Shown here in pieces: positions 27,407 through 41,991 of a DNA stretch of 64,000 nt. The stretch is from Octopus vulgaris (Eukaryota), in NCBI GenBank assembly GCA_951406725.2, contig OX597837.1, positions 33,356,001 to 33,420,000 on the forward strand, in the 5' to 3' direction. The notes beneath the pieces were generated by a model, which searched no databases, was not told the origin of the DNA, and worked only from the letters and a program-made list of their open reading frames with translations. Made by a program: the position numbers and the translations under genes. How positions within the stretch are numbered: the stretch's first letter is position 1; the number at the start of each line of letters is the position of its first letter.

Positions 27407-28485
27407 TTGTTCTGAAAGTGACCTCTTGGAGACCTCCCTAAATGCCAGTGCCATGAAAAATGCACCCAGTATATTTTGTAAAGTGGTTGACATTAGGAAG
27501 GGCATCTCACTGTTGAAACCAAGTCAAAACCGACATTGGTGTGCAATACAATCCTCTGGCTCCAAGGTTCCTGTCAAACTCTCCAACCAATACCAACATC
27601 AAAGACAGACATTAGATGATGTCAATGGTGTTTAAACTGGAAAAAAAAAATCCGGAGGACAAGAAATGAACAAATCCTCCTCATCATCATCGTTTAACGT
27701 CCGCTTTCCATGCTAGCATGGGTTGGACGATTTTGACTCTGAGGGCTGGCGAACCAGACGGCCGCACCAGGTTCCAATCTTGATCTGGCAGAGTTTCTAC
27801 AACTGGATGCCCTTCCTAACGCCAACCACTGCAGTGGGTGCTTTTTACATGCCACCGGCACAAGGCCAGTCAAGCGGTACTGGCAATGACCTCGCTCAAA
27901 TCTTTTTACAGATGCCACCGGCACAGGTGCCATTAAGGCAACGTTGGTAACGATCACACTCGAATGGTGCCCTCTTACATGCCACCAGCACGAAGCCAGT
28001 TGGCTGCTCTGGCAACGATCACGCTCGGATGGTGCTCTTGGCACCCTACTAGCACGGGCACAAGTGCCAGTAAGGCAACGCTGGTAATGATCACACTCGA
28101 ATGGTGCCCTGTTATCTGAAATATAAGTTAATCCAAAGGCCCAGTCTACAGCAATGTGACAATACATGCATGCGTTCTAACATGAAAATATAAATTTTTG
28201 TATCTGCCACAAGGGCAATGCTTAAAGAACACGATACAATTCATATCACCAGAATGTTAGAACATAAAAGGGGTGGGACGAGCCACTTGCAGTCACTCAA
28301 TCTGCTAGAAACAGCAGTCAAATTTCCCACAAATCACACAAAAATTTTTTTATAAACAAAGAACACATTAGTCAATGTAATGATTTACATAAAGACAGGA
28401 TGGCCATGGTTAGAATACTTTTCATAATAGAACTGCTCAATCAGAACTGAGTTGACAATGAGATACCTTTGTGAAAGATACACTA

Positions 28486-28516
<31 letters not shown>

Positions 28517-29844
28517 CTCTCTCACACACACACCTTGCTTTGTAAAGAAGTTGACAATCAATACGACTGATTCATATCGATACCATGAATCAGATGGTAA
28601 TCAGTCAGTTGTGCAATCTCTTGCCTTTCTCTTATCCAGTGCTAATGAGTGACAAAAGGCAGCAGCAGCCAGCTGAGTGAATCCAATCAACCAATATCTT
28701 CCAACAATGGCCATCACCACATCTTCACTGGGAGGTCACATTACCCTGACGGGACACGGGATTTGTGAAACATCATCATTTCAGAAAGGTGCAATTGTGT
28801 ACTGATGAAGACAATATTCTACACTGGTTTATGAGGACCCCAACCCTTTTTTTTTTTTTTTATTGACAGTGAGGGATTTCCTCAGTTCCTCCAGGCATGG
28901 CTGTGTGGATAAGATTGCCTCGCAGACATGGGATTTCATGTTCAGCCTCACTTCGCAGCAATTTCGGCAAGAGTCTTTTACTATAGCCCTGAGCAGACCA
29001 ATGCCTTTCGAGTGAATCTGATAGGTGAAACTGCGTGGAAGCCCATGTTTGTGTTTGTCTGCCCCTATCACTTGACAACCAGCATTGGTTCATTTACATC
29101 CCTGTAACTTAGCTGTTCAGCAAAAGAGAACGATAGAATAAACACCCGACTTAAAAAATAAGCACGGGGTTGATTTGTTCTGTAACTTAGCTGTTCAGCA
29201 AAAGAGAATGATAGAATAAACACCCGACTTTAAAAAATAAGGGGTTGATTTGCTCAAGTAAAGCCCTTTGAGGCAGTGCCCCAGCATGGCCACAGTCCAA
29301 TCACTGAAATTAGTAAAAAAAAAAAAAAGATAAATCCCTTAAAACCTACAATCTACAGTCACCATCACCATCAGTTTTACGTCTGCTTTCCATGCTGGCA
29401 TGGGTTGGACAGGGCCACACAGTCAGAGATTGCGCATATTCATGGGTACTGCTCACCGAGATGCATCAGAGAGCCTCATCTCACTCAGGTTTCATTTCTA
29501 TCTTCATTTCTACAGTCAAACGTCTTTCCTATACCAACAACCACTCTACAGAGTCTACTGAGTGGCTTTTACCTGGCATCGGCCCAAGAGATGTCATTTC
29601 TTCAGAGCAACTAAATGGACATCACAACCCCACACCTGGGCTCACTTACCAACTTCCGCAAAGAGAGAAAAACACAAGTGATAAAGGTATGAATGACAGG
29701 AATGTGTGATAGGGGTTGGGGTGAATCATATCTCAGTATTCTGATTTGATGTATTACATATATACAAATACATATATAACATATGGTATAATTACAAACA
29801 GGGCAAATTTTTGCCATTTCTCCACAGACTGAAAAAAAAATGAT

Positions 29845-29896
29845 GAACAACCTTAATCGATTTTCAAACCTTGCTGAGTTCTCATCAGAGGTATCC
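29845..29896 (-). ncRNA. Minimal type I hammerhead ribozyme motif, intact core
   Basis: Minus strand reads GGATACCT-CTGATGA-GAACTcagcaaGGTTT-GAAA-ATCGAT-T-A-AGGTTGTTC: stem I ACCT/AGGT, stem II with G-U pairs, palindromic stem III. Confidence 0.7.
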
Positions 29897-30169
29897 ACAT
29901 CACTCTGACAGTCTCCAGAGAAACAAGCAGCCAAACTGTTTATATACTCAACAAATGCAGCAGTTACTCTATGAAAGAATCCCTAATTTGCATACGGGAA
30001 GTGTTATGAGCAGGAGTGGCTGTGTGGTAAGTAGCTTGCTTACCAACCACATGGTTCCAGGTTCAGTCCCACTGCGTGACACCTTGGGCAAGTGTGGTCT
30101 GCTATAGCCTTGGGCCAACCAAAGCCTTATGACTAGATTTGGTAGACGGAAACTGAAAGAAGCCCGTCA

Positions 30170-30220
<51 letters not shown>

Positions 30221-30276
30221 CATACATACACATGTGTATCTGTGTTTGTCATCTCACCATTGCTTGACAAAAATGT

Positions 30277-30319
<43 letters not shown>

Positions 30320-32902
30320 CACACACACACATATATATATATTATATTTGGTAAGTGAAGGTGCATGGTCATAATCATGAGGTAGTGGGTTTGATTCTCA
30401 GCCCAGGCTGTGTGTTGTGTTCTTGACCAAGACACTATTTCACATTGCCCAGGAAATGAGTTGCAACCTCACTGGTGCCAAACTGTATCATGGCCTTGGC
30501 CTTTCCCTGAGACAACATCAGTGGCATGGAGAGGGGAGGCTGGTCTTCCAGAAACAACCTTGCCTGGACTTGTGCCCCAGAGGAGACCTTTCTAGATGCA
30601 ATCCCTTGGTCATTCTTGACCAAAAAGGGTCTTAATTTTTACTATAGAGAGATAGGCATACTGGAGACCCCAAGTTTGCATATAGGACCTAGGGTAATCT
30701 TTTGAGAAAGTTTTTGCAGGAAAAAGTGCATTTTATATGCTCTTAAATATAATAAATTCAAAGCAACACAACTGAGAACATGGAGTTGACACAAAGGTCT
30801 GCATTAACCAACATATAGAGTTACAATACAGAATTTACTACGGAATATATATGGAAACACAATTTACTACGCAAAAACTTTACAAGAGTGCGTAAATCAC
30901 TAGAATCGATATTTAAATTAGTAGTTAAAATCTAACCTAGAAAAATGAGCTGCTGCAGTAATCAATATGAATAAACATGCCATTTCTGTTGTGTTGAGAG
31001 TTAACAAACAGCAGAAGATATCTCTTAAGATTCTCTTTGAAGCTCCACTGACGAAGTCATCACATGACCATGGACATTTATGAATGACGGATTGCCAGAA
31101 ACACAGTGTGTGCCCACAGAAAGCATATCACATCAATAGAAATAACTTCTTTCTACTTTTGGCACAGGGCCAGCAATTTTTAGTGGAAGTGGTCAAGTTG
31201 ATACCATCAACTCTAGTACTTGACTGGTACTTTAATTCATAGAGCCTGAAAGGACAAAAAGCAAAGTCAACCTTGGTCGGTTTTGAATTCAGGACTGTAA
31301 AGACCCACAGAAGAAATACCAGTAAGCATTTTGTCCAATGTGCAAATAATTCTCCCAAGTTCAACCATTTTAATAATAATAATCTTTTCTACTCTAGGCA
31401 CAAGACATGAAATTTTGGGGGAGGGGGCCAGCCGATAAGATCAAATCCCAGTACACAACTGGTACTTAATTTATCAAACCCAAAAAGGATGAAAGGCAAA
31501 GTCGACCTAGGCAGAATTTGAACTTAGACAGATGAAGTAATGCTAGGCATTTCGCCCGCCGTGCTAACGTTTCTGCCAGCCCGCTGCCTTTTTAATAATA
31601 ATAGTAATAATAATGATTTCAGATTTTGGCACAAGGCCAGTAATTTTGAGGGCGGGGATAAGTTGATTACATCAACCGAAAGAATGAAAGGTAAATTCAA
31701 CCTCAATGGAACTTGAAATCAGCACATGAAGATGGAAGAAATGCTGCTAAGCATTATCGCTTGGCGTGCTAACGAGTCTGCTAGCCTTGCCACCTTAATA
31801 ATAACTAAAAAAAGCACTCGGAGTTTGTAACTATGAATGAAACTGTGGTCTACCATCCACAACGTTTATATTATTCATAAACTGACCAACAAACTACGGA
31901 ACGCAATTGAAGACACTGTCAGAGAGACAACATTTCTATTATTTATAAGAGACAATTAACTGATATATATTTATAATGTAGGTGCATGGATGGCTTTGTG
32001 ATTAAGAAGCTTGCTTCACAACCATGTGGTTTCCCACAGTGGGGCACGTGCCATCTGTGTGAATTTGCTAAGTGGTAACTGTGTGTGTGTGTGTGAGTGC
32101 GTGCATGCATGTGCGTGTGTATCTGTGTCACATATCACTTGACAACTGGTGTTGGTGTTTGTTAATATTCCCATAACATTCTGTTGGTCTCTTTTGTCAA
32201 ACTACTAAGTATCACCCTTCAAGACAATGTCCCAGCATGGCCAAAGTCTGATGACAAAAGATACATATACATATATACATATACACAGTGATGTGCTAAA
32301 ACACGACAGTATACAAATTAGAATTCTATATTCAAACCACTTGAAGCTCCCCTATTCTGATAAATCCCACTTAACATTGTAAAAGTTCACATATTCAGAT
32401 GTAAAAGATAAAAAAATATTTTCGAATACAAGTTATACTGTAATTGGAAGTGCCGCATACTTGAAATGATCATAGAAAACAAGTTTTTCATATTTCAAGT
32501 CCTTCCTCACAATACTTTCAGTGATCTCATTAAAACCAAACCATCTCATCAGATGAAAAAATTGAAATATGAGATTGTTTTTATAAAATCATTGAAATGA
32601 TTTCATAGTAATGGACACTAAATAAGTTTCGAGATTATTTAAACTATACACACATGCACTATGTGTCTATGTACCTATATATATATATATATATATGGAT
32701 GGGCATGGCTGTGTGGTTAGGGAGCTTGCTTCCTAGCTACATGGTTTCGGGTTCAGTCCCACTGCGTGGCACTTTGGGTAGGTGTCTTTCACTATAGCCT
32801 TGAGCCGACCGGAGCTTTGTGATTGAATTCGGTAGGTGGAAGTCCCTGCTGTGTGTGTATGTGTGCGTAAACTGCTCAGTGCCTCTCCGAAAGAGAGAGA
32901 GG

Positions 32903-33185
32903 GAAGCACTCCGTCGGTTACGACGACGAGGGTTCCGGTTGATCCGAATCAACGGAACAGCCTGCTCATGAAATTAACGTGTAAGTGGCTGAGCACTCCA
33001 CAGACACGCGTACCTTAACGTAGTTCTCGGGGATATTCAGCGTGACACAGAGAGTGACAAGGCCGGCCCCTTGAAATACAGGTATAACAGAAACAGGAAG
33101 TAAGAGTGAGGGAAAGTTGTGGTGAAAGAGTACAGCATGGATCACCACCATCGTCGTGCCGGAGCCTCGTGGAGTGCTTTTTAGG
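32903..33185 (-). mobile_element. tRNA-derived SINE family C, 5'-truncated; related to 54485-54800(-) and 63637-64000(+)
   Basis: Reverse complement matches 63725-64000. Confidence 0.85.
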
Positions 33186-34607
<1,422 letters not shown>

Positions 34608-34656
34608 GTGTGTATATATATATGTGTATATATATATGTGTGTTTATATATATATA

Positions 34657-34689
<33 letters not shown>

Positions 34690-34800
34690 TGGTCTGCTTG
34701 CTTAGCCAACAGGGTGGCGTCATTTGAAGGCTAAAACAATGTGAAGCACATTGTGACCAGCGATGTGTAGCAACATCTGATAGCCTGGTCGGTCACAGTG

Positions 34801-34850
<50 letters not shown>

Positions 34851-34934
34851 ATTATATATATGTGTATATGTATATATATATATATTGTGTGTGTGTGTGT
34901 GTATATATCATTTAATATCACAGTATAAAGATAT

Positions 34935-34979
34935 GAGCCACTAGTTTCTTGCTTTCTGTCTCCAAGCAATCTTCAGCTC
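34935..34979 (-). ncRNA. Degenerate minimal hammerhead motif
   Basis: Minus strand GAG-CTGAAGA-TTGCTTggagacagaAAGCAA-GAAA-CTAG-T-G-GCTC; perfect 6-bp stem II, but G at the cleavage position. Confidence 0.5.
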
Positions 34980-35158
34980 TGGGAATACAAGGCATGCTAT
35001 AAAAACCTGCCAAGACCCCAGATTTCCAGAGCAGAAAATTGTTTGTAGTTCATATCTTTATACTGTGTAATTTAAAGGATATTTCTCACTCACTGGATGG
35101 GGTACTTTTGTGTGTTGATCCTACCTATAACAGAACAGTAAACTATATACACATACAA

Positions 35159-35575
35159 GGCGGCGAGCTGGCAGACACGTTAGCGCACCGGGCGGAATGC
35201 TTAGCGGTTTTTCGTCTGTCGTTACGTTCCGAGTTCAAATTCCGCCGAGGTCGACTTTGCCTTTCATCCTTTCGGGGTCGATAAATAAAAGTACCAGTTT
35301 CGCACTGGGGTCGATGTAATCGACTTAATCCGTTTGTTTGTCCTTGTTCGTCCCCTCTGTGTTTAGCCCCTTGTGGGTAGTAAAGAAATAGGTATTTCGT
35401 CTGCCACTACGCTCTGAGTTCAAATTCCGCCGAGGTCGACTTTGCCTTTCATCCTTTCGGGGTCGATAAATAAAAGTACCAGTTTCGCACTGGGGTCGAT
35501 GTAATCGACTTAATCCGTTTGTTTGTCCTTGTTCATCCTCTCTATGTTTAGCCCCTTGTGGGCAGTAAAGAAATA
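35159..35575 (+). mobile_element. tRNA-derived SINE family B, body tandemly duplicated. Other copies at about 4505-4660, 5810-6022(-), 21700-21922(-), 31140-31795(-, three), 38040-38670, 54112-54323(-), 60580-60765
   Basis: Head GGCGGCGAGCTGGCAGA..GAGTTCAAATTCC; conserved GCCTTTCATCCTTTCGGGGTCGATAAA..AGTACC block (resembles Meta/MESC-domain SINEs, from memory); approximate TSD TATATAC(AC)ACATACAA. Confidence 0.85.
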
Positions 35576-35681
35576 TATACACACATACAATCAAATGAGT
35601 GTCTTTAATTTCTTAAGAAGCCAAAACAATCCAAGTTACAGGAAATAATAAAAATGTCAATAGTTTGTGTTTCTATCTTGT

Positions 35682-35721
35682 ATTTCAATATTTCAGGGTT
35701 CTGACCGTTTCTTCAGGAAAT
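35682..35721 (-). ncRNA. Minimal hammerhead-like motif
   Basis: Minus strand ATTTC-CTGAAGA-aacGGTcagaACCct-GAAA-TA-T-T-GAAAT; core intact, 5-bp stem I, weak stem II. Confidence 0.5.
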
Positions 35722-35917
35722 CTTCAGTGAATTGGTAGAGCAAGCTGATTTTTCTGTTCCATAGTGTGTGTATGTGTGTGTGGTGGGAGGTTGCTTTGCA
35801 TGGACAGGCTGATATAGCAGCCAATTGGCTGCTGCATGCAATCTGGTTCTGTTAATACTACTTGTATCATTTCTTGTAACACAAACTGCTTTGGTGTTTA
35901 AAAAAAATTAAAAACAT

Positions 35918-36310
35918 AGACGCAGAGACGGCTGTGTGGTAAGTAGCTTGCTAACCAACCACATGGTTCCGGGTTCAGTCCCACTGCGTGGCATCTTGGG
36001 CAAGTGTCTTCTGCTATAGCCCCGGGCCGACCAATGCCTTGTGAGTGGATTTGGTAGACGGAAACTGAAAGAAGCCTGTCGTATATATGTATATATATGT
36101 ATGTATATGTTTGTGTGTCTGTGTTTGTCCCCCTAGCATTGCTTGACAACCGATGCTGGTGTGTTTACGTCCCCGTCACTTAACGGTTCGGCAAAAGAGA
36201 CCGATAGAATAAGTACTGGGCTTACAAAGAATAAGTCCCGGGGTCAAGTTGCTCGACTAAAGGCGGTGCTCCAGCATGGCCACAGTCAAATGACTGAAAC
36301 AAGTAAAAGA
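35918..36310 (+). mobile_element. Full-length SINE family A, followed by two older tandem copies to ~37040
   Basis: Same head, microsatellite and tail organisation as the other family A copies. Confidence 0.9.
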
Positions 36311-39139
36311 GAAAAAGAGAGGGATGGCTGTGTGGTAAGCAGCTTGCTTACCAGCTATGTGGTCCCAGGTTCAGTCCACTGTATGGCACCTTCAGCAAGT
36401 GTCTTCTACTATAGCCTCAGGTTGACCAAAGCCTTGTGAGTGGATTTGGTAGACAGAAACTGAAAGCAGTCCGTTGTGTGTGTGTCCACCTTTAGACAAC
36501 TGATGAGAGTGTGTTTAAGTCCCTGTAACTTAGCAGTTCGCAAAAGCGACTGATACAATAAGTACTAGGCTTACAAAGAATAAGTTCTGGGGTGAATTTG
36601 TTTGACTAAAAGATGGTGCTCCAGCATGGCAGCAGCCAAATGACAAACAAATAAAATAATTTATCTATATAGGTGCATGTAGGAAAGTGTGGTAAGAAGT
36701 TCACCTTCCATGTACATGGTTCCAGGTTCAGTCCCACTGTGTGGCCCTACTATATAAGTGTCTTCTACTATAGCCTCAGGTCAACCAAAGCTTTGTGAGT
36801 GGATTTGGTAAATGGAAACTGAAAGAAGCCCATAGTGTGTGTGTGTGTGCACCCCACCACCGCTTGGCAACCAATGCTGGTATGTTTATGTCCTTGTAAC
36901 TTAACAGTTCGGCAAGAGGTACCAATAGAATAAATACCAGGGCTGAAAAATAAGTACCATGGTTGACTCCCTTGACTAAACAATCTCCAAAGTGGTGCTC
37001 CAGCATGACCACAATCTAACGACAAACCAGATAAAAGATATTATTTATAGTTTTATCAAATCTCAAGTTCCACCCTTCAAATTGATTTATTGATAAATTA
37101 CGTTTCTGATTTCCCTCCATGGATAAGATTATTTACTTCTTGACATAAAAGACAGATAGCAACCATGAAACTAGGAGAGGTTAAAAATGGAATGACAAGG
37201 AACATGATCTGTCGTTACAGCCAGTCCGTTCGACATTTGCCTATAGGGGACTGTACTTCATCATTGCAAGAAGTAACCACTTCTGGTAAACCAAAAGGAA
37301 AAAAAAAATTATTTTAAAAGAAATTGGGTGTTATTTCATGGTTCCCCATTAACTTCAAAGAATCTTATAGTTTTCAAAATGACTCTGGAATTTCTGTCGA
37401 AAAAACTAGTATTTCTTTCAACATGTAGCTCCACTTAACTTTGAAACGGTCAATTCTTGCCAGTTGTACTTATCTAGCTCTACATGTGTGTACGTGTACA
37501 TGTGCACGTATGTGTGTGCACATGCATGTGTGTGTGTGTGTATGCATGCATGTTTGTGCGTGTGAATGTGTGTATGTGTCTGTGCATATATATATATATA
37601 TATATAATATAAATATGTGTGTGTACATATGTATGTATGCGTTTAGTAACTGAAACAAACCTGTTGTGTCTGTGTGTGCATGTGTATATGCGTGTGTGTG
37701 TATGCATGTGTGTACAAATGTATATATGTATGTATATGTTTGTATATATGTATGTATATGTTTAGTAGACGGAAGCTGAAAGAAGCCTGTTTGTGTGGGT
37801 ATATCTATTTGCTTAGTGTTGGTACATTTATATTCCTGTAACTTGGCAGTTCAACATAGGAGATCAATAAAATCAGTACAAGGCTTAAACGTAAAAAATT
37901 TGAAAGGGATCAATTCAATCAACTAAAATTCAGAGTGGAGTCCCAGTATACCCGCAGTCTGATGACTCCAAACAAGATCATATATACACATATATGCATG
38001 TATACACACACACACACACACATCTTACTATTTTGCTTCAGTGGCAAGCTGGCAGAATCATTAACATGCTGGGTAAAATGCTTAGTGATATTTCGTCTGT
38101 CTTTACGTTGAGTTCAAATTCCACCAAGGTTGACCTTGCCTCTCATCCTTTTGGGCTCGATAAATTAAGTACCAGCTGCATACTGGGTCAACCTAATTGA
38201 CTGGTTCCCTCCCCAAAAATTTCAGGCCTTATACCTAGAGTAGAAAAGAATATATTTATCTATCTAAGGCAGCGGGCTGGCAGAAATGTTAGCACTCCGG
38301 GAGAAATGCTTAGCGGTATTTCGTCTTTACATTCTGAGTTCAAATTCCACCAAGGTCAACTTTGCCTTTCATCCTTTCGGGGTCGATAAATTAAGTACCA
38401 GTTACGCACTGGGGTCGATGTAATCGACTTAATACCTATGTCTGTCCTTGTTTGTCCCCTCTGTGTTTAGACCCTTGTGGGTAATAATGAAATAGGTATT
38501 TCGTCTCTACATTCTGAGTTCAAAATCCACCAAGGTCGACTTTGCCTTTCATCCTTTCGGGATCAATAAATTAGGTACCAGTTGCATTTTGGAGAGTCAA
38601 TCTGATCGACTGGACCCCCCCCACCAAAAAAAATATATTGGGGGCCTTGTGCCGAGAGTAGAAAAGAATATTTCGCTTCAACATAGTGATACTAATAACC
38701 CAGTATTCAAATTCAACATACAAAATGCTTCAAAATAAAGCATTAATTGACTGCAGAGTGTAATAAAAGATTAAATAAATGACAAGGGAGCAAAAAATTA
38801 TGCCAGGGATTTCAATAGCTTACAGCTGTTCCTGCTATAAGATGCAATGCACTCTAAGTTGAGTGCTTGTGTCATATCCTTGTGCTTTACCAGAGATTCA
38901 TATATCAGCATTAACACCAAACAGTGATTAAGAATAAATGAACTCTAGGTTAATTGAAATAAGTTTATGACAAAGGAAAATTCATTGCAGCTCCCATGAA
39001 GGGTTTTTTTTTTTACCTTTTAACTGACCAGTGTCTTTCTCAAGCAGATTCCCAGATGCATGCTTCTGGTTCTTTAGCCTTGGTCAACAAAGTAACAAGA
39101 CTATATATGTTAATTCATAATTTTTTTTCTTCCTTTTTC

Positions 39140-40530
39140 CTACAGAATCTGGAGGAGGGTGCATTGGCCATGATGTCTGCAGGTCCTCCAAGACTGGTGA
39201 GTGATGCCATTAAATGGGCCATTTAAACTGTTGCAGATCAACACAGGCAGGGAGGGAGATGATTCCAGGCAAAAGATTGAGCGTATAATGGTGTAGATGT
39301 ATCAGTGATGAGGGGTGAACAGGTGAAGGCATTAGAAGTGCCTGGTTGATTGGGTTAGGAGACGAGCCAGTTCTGTGGAGGAGAGGTCGTTATAGTAACA
39401 ACAGAGAGAGGAGACAGTACACCTGTGGAGCATGTCCACAAGTGATTGAATATTGATCAGTTGAGTGGCTAACCTGTGCTACTACTATGCATATAGACAT
39501 CCTGGACCTTCTCTAGATGCAGAACATCAGGTCTGAGAGCATAGCCACAATATTCAATGTGACCTTCCCTGCTTTTCTAAAATCTGCAGCATGTGTGTGT
39601 GTGTGTATGGTGGTGGTGAGGAGAGATTTGTTTTCTATTTCTAGCACCTTGTATTGCCACACTGAGGGTCCCTCATTCATTCAGGTGGTGGTGTTTCTTC
39701 ACTATTCTGCCCTCATAGGCGGCGAGCTGGCAGAAACGTTAGCACGCCGGGCGAAATGCGTAGCCGTATTTCGTCTGCCGTTACGTTCTGAGTTCAAATT
39801 CCGCCGAGGTCGACTTTGCCTTTCATCCTTTCGGGGTCGATAAATTAAGTACCAGTTACGCACTGGGGTCGATGTAATCGACTTAATACCTATGTCTGTC
39901 CTTGTTTGTCCCCTCTATGTTTAGCCCCTTGTGGGTAGTAAAGAAATATATTCTGCCCTCATCATGTAGACCAGTGGATATTAACTGGGGTCCACACAAG
40001 ATTTTGTTAAAATTCATCTGCAGTACATCATTTATACTTCTACAATACACAAAATATTTTTTTTTTAATAACGAGTAAAATAGGAATCCAAGGGGCCCAT
40101 AAGCAAAAAACGGTTGAGAATCACTGAGTGCATGTATGATCAAAGTCATTCCAGCCATGACAATCATGTAGAACTGCCATGTCTTTTTTTACATGGTGTG
40201 GCTGCTCCCAGCTGTAGGAGCAGTACTTTACGGAGGATCTCACTTGAACTTTGTAGATTGTTGACAGCTGGTTAAGGCTGAGATATTTTGCAGCCCTGAA
40301 GCTAAGGATCAATCTTTCTGATGCCATCTTAACTATGCTGAGAACATGCTTTCATCAGGTGGAATCCTCAGTAAGTTTGAGGTCTCGCAGTTGGTGCAAC
40401 TATGAGGGCCCTAACCAAGTGTTGTTCACGTTTAGTGGATATGGTGTAGTGGAGTTTTCTTGCTAGTAGAGCCTGGGTTTCTCAAGAACTGACAATATGT
40501 TTGACCTTTATGGAGTGGAGAGGGTCAAGA
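39140..40530 (-). mobile_element. Decayed CR1/Zenon-like LINE 3' region split by an insertion (pieces ~40190-40530 and ~39140-39470)
   Basis: ASERLILSFRAAKYLSLNQLSTIYKVQVRSSVKYCSYSW resembles the AS..L..L.R...Y....L..IYK..VR...EYCS..W motif; the downstream piece gives YYNDLSSTELARL and WN.LP. Confidence 0.55.
39718..39948 (+). mobile_element. Young SINE family B with 14-bp TSD
   Basis: TSD TATTCTGCCCTCAT at 39703-39716 and 39949-39962. Confidence 0.9.
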
Positions 40531-40989
40531 TACCAACAAAAACATTGGTAAAAAGCAATTAATGGGTTAACACAAATGCTAAGGTTTAATGCATGTTAAA
40601 TGGTACAAGACCAGGACATGTATATTAATACACTGTGAGGAAAAAGTGTATGCGATCATTCAACTTGATTGTTATAGCAACCAAATCATTCCTCTTCCTC
40701 TTCAGCCACACTATGCAAAAAAAAAAAAGACATGGCAGTTCTACATGATTGTCATGGCTGGAATGACTTTGATCATACAGCTACTCAGTGGTTCTCAACC
40801 ATTTTTTTGCCCATGGATCCTTTTGACTTTAATTCCTATTTCACTTGGATGAACCCCCAAAGCCATTCAATTTTTAAAAAATCCTTCTACACTTTTGTAA
40901 TTAAATATTGTTAGGAATTGTATAAAAACTGTTGAAATATTTTGTGGGTTGTAGAAGCGGTATACTGCAGATAAATTCTAACTACATAG

Positions 40990-41399
40990 AGGCGTAGGAG
41001 TGGCTGTGTGGTAAGTAGCTTGTTTACCAACCACATGTTTCCGGGTTCAGTCCCACTGCGTGGCACCTTGGGCAAGTGTCTTCTACTATAGCCTCGGGCC
41101 GACCGAAGCCTTGTGAGTGGATTTGGTAGACGGAAACTGAAAGAAGCCCGTCGTATATATGTATATATATATATAAATATATGCGTGGGTGTGTTTGTCC
41201 CCCTAGCATTGCTTGACAACCGATGCTGGTGTGTTTATGTCCCCCGTCACTTAGCGGTTCGGCAAAAAGAGAACGATAGAATAAGTACTGGGCTTACAAA
41301 AAAAGAATAAGTCCCGGGGTCGAGTTGCTCGATTAAAAAAGGCGGTGCTCCAGCATGGCCGCAGTCAAATGACTGAAACAAGTGAAAGAGTAAAGAGTA
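40990..41399 (+). mobile_element. Full-length SINE family A inserted in a hAT-like MITE
   Basis: Family A sequence, with MITE ends at ~40786 and ~41432 on either side. Confidence 0.85.
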
Positions 41400-41918
41400 T
41401 AGTCTTAAATGAACCCCAGTTGATAGCCACTGGTCTTCACGATGAGAGCAGACAAGTGAAGAAGAAACAAACACTTGGACGAACGAGGAAGCATCTATGT
41501 GACAATACGACGTGCTGGAAATAGAAAACACAGCTCTCCCCCACGACCACCACCATTCACACACACACACTGCAGTTTTTAGGAAAGTGGGGGGAAGGTC
41601 ACATTGAATAATGTGGCTTCTGGATGGTCACTGATGGAGCAGCTTGAGATCACGCATCTTTAAAATCATTACCTGGCAAAACCTCACTTGGCATTGTGTG
41701 TGTATTTAGGAAATCTAAAGCTACATTAAGGGATATAAAGACATGATAGGGAGAGAGAGAGAGGGTAAAGAGAGAAGGTAGGTAGAGACAGACAGGTAGG
41801 CAGACAGATAGACAGACACACAGAAATTATATATATATATATATATATATGTAGGTCCCGGGTTGAGTCGGGGTTAACCACAGTAAATAAGGTACTCAAT
41901 ACATAGAGTAAATTAATT

Positions 41919-41991
41919 TATTTTATAGAAGGAGCTTCCTGATGATTTCATTTGAATGAAACAGTTCTAGTCCTGTAGAAGCTCCTTCTAT

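Noticed and set aside
26985-27635. 216-aa ORF with PSAPLHPAERASSPGRARLFTR repeats
   Set aside because: Read-through of the 22-bp minisatellite, starting in a MITE end and ending in a retroposon
28553-28615. Hairpin CTGATTCAT/ATGAATCAG as a pre-miRNA
   Set aside because: Only 9 bp of continuous stem and no recognisable mature miRNA
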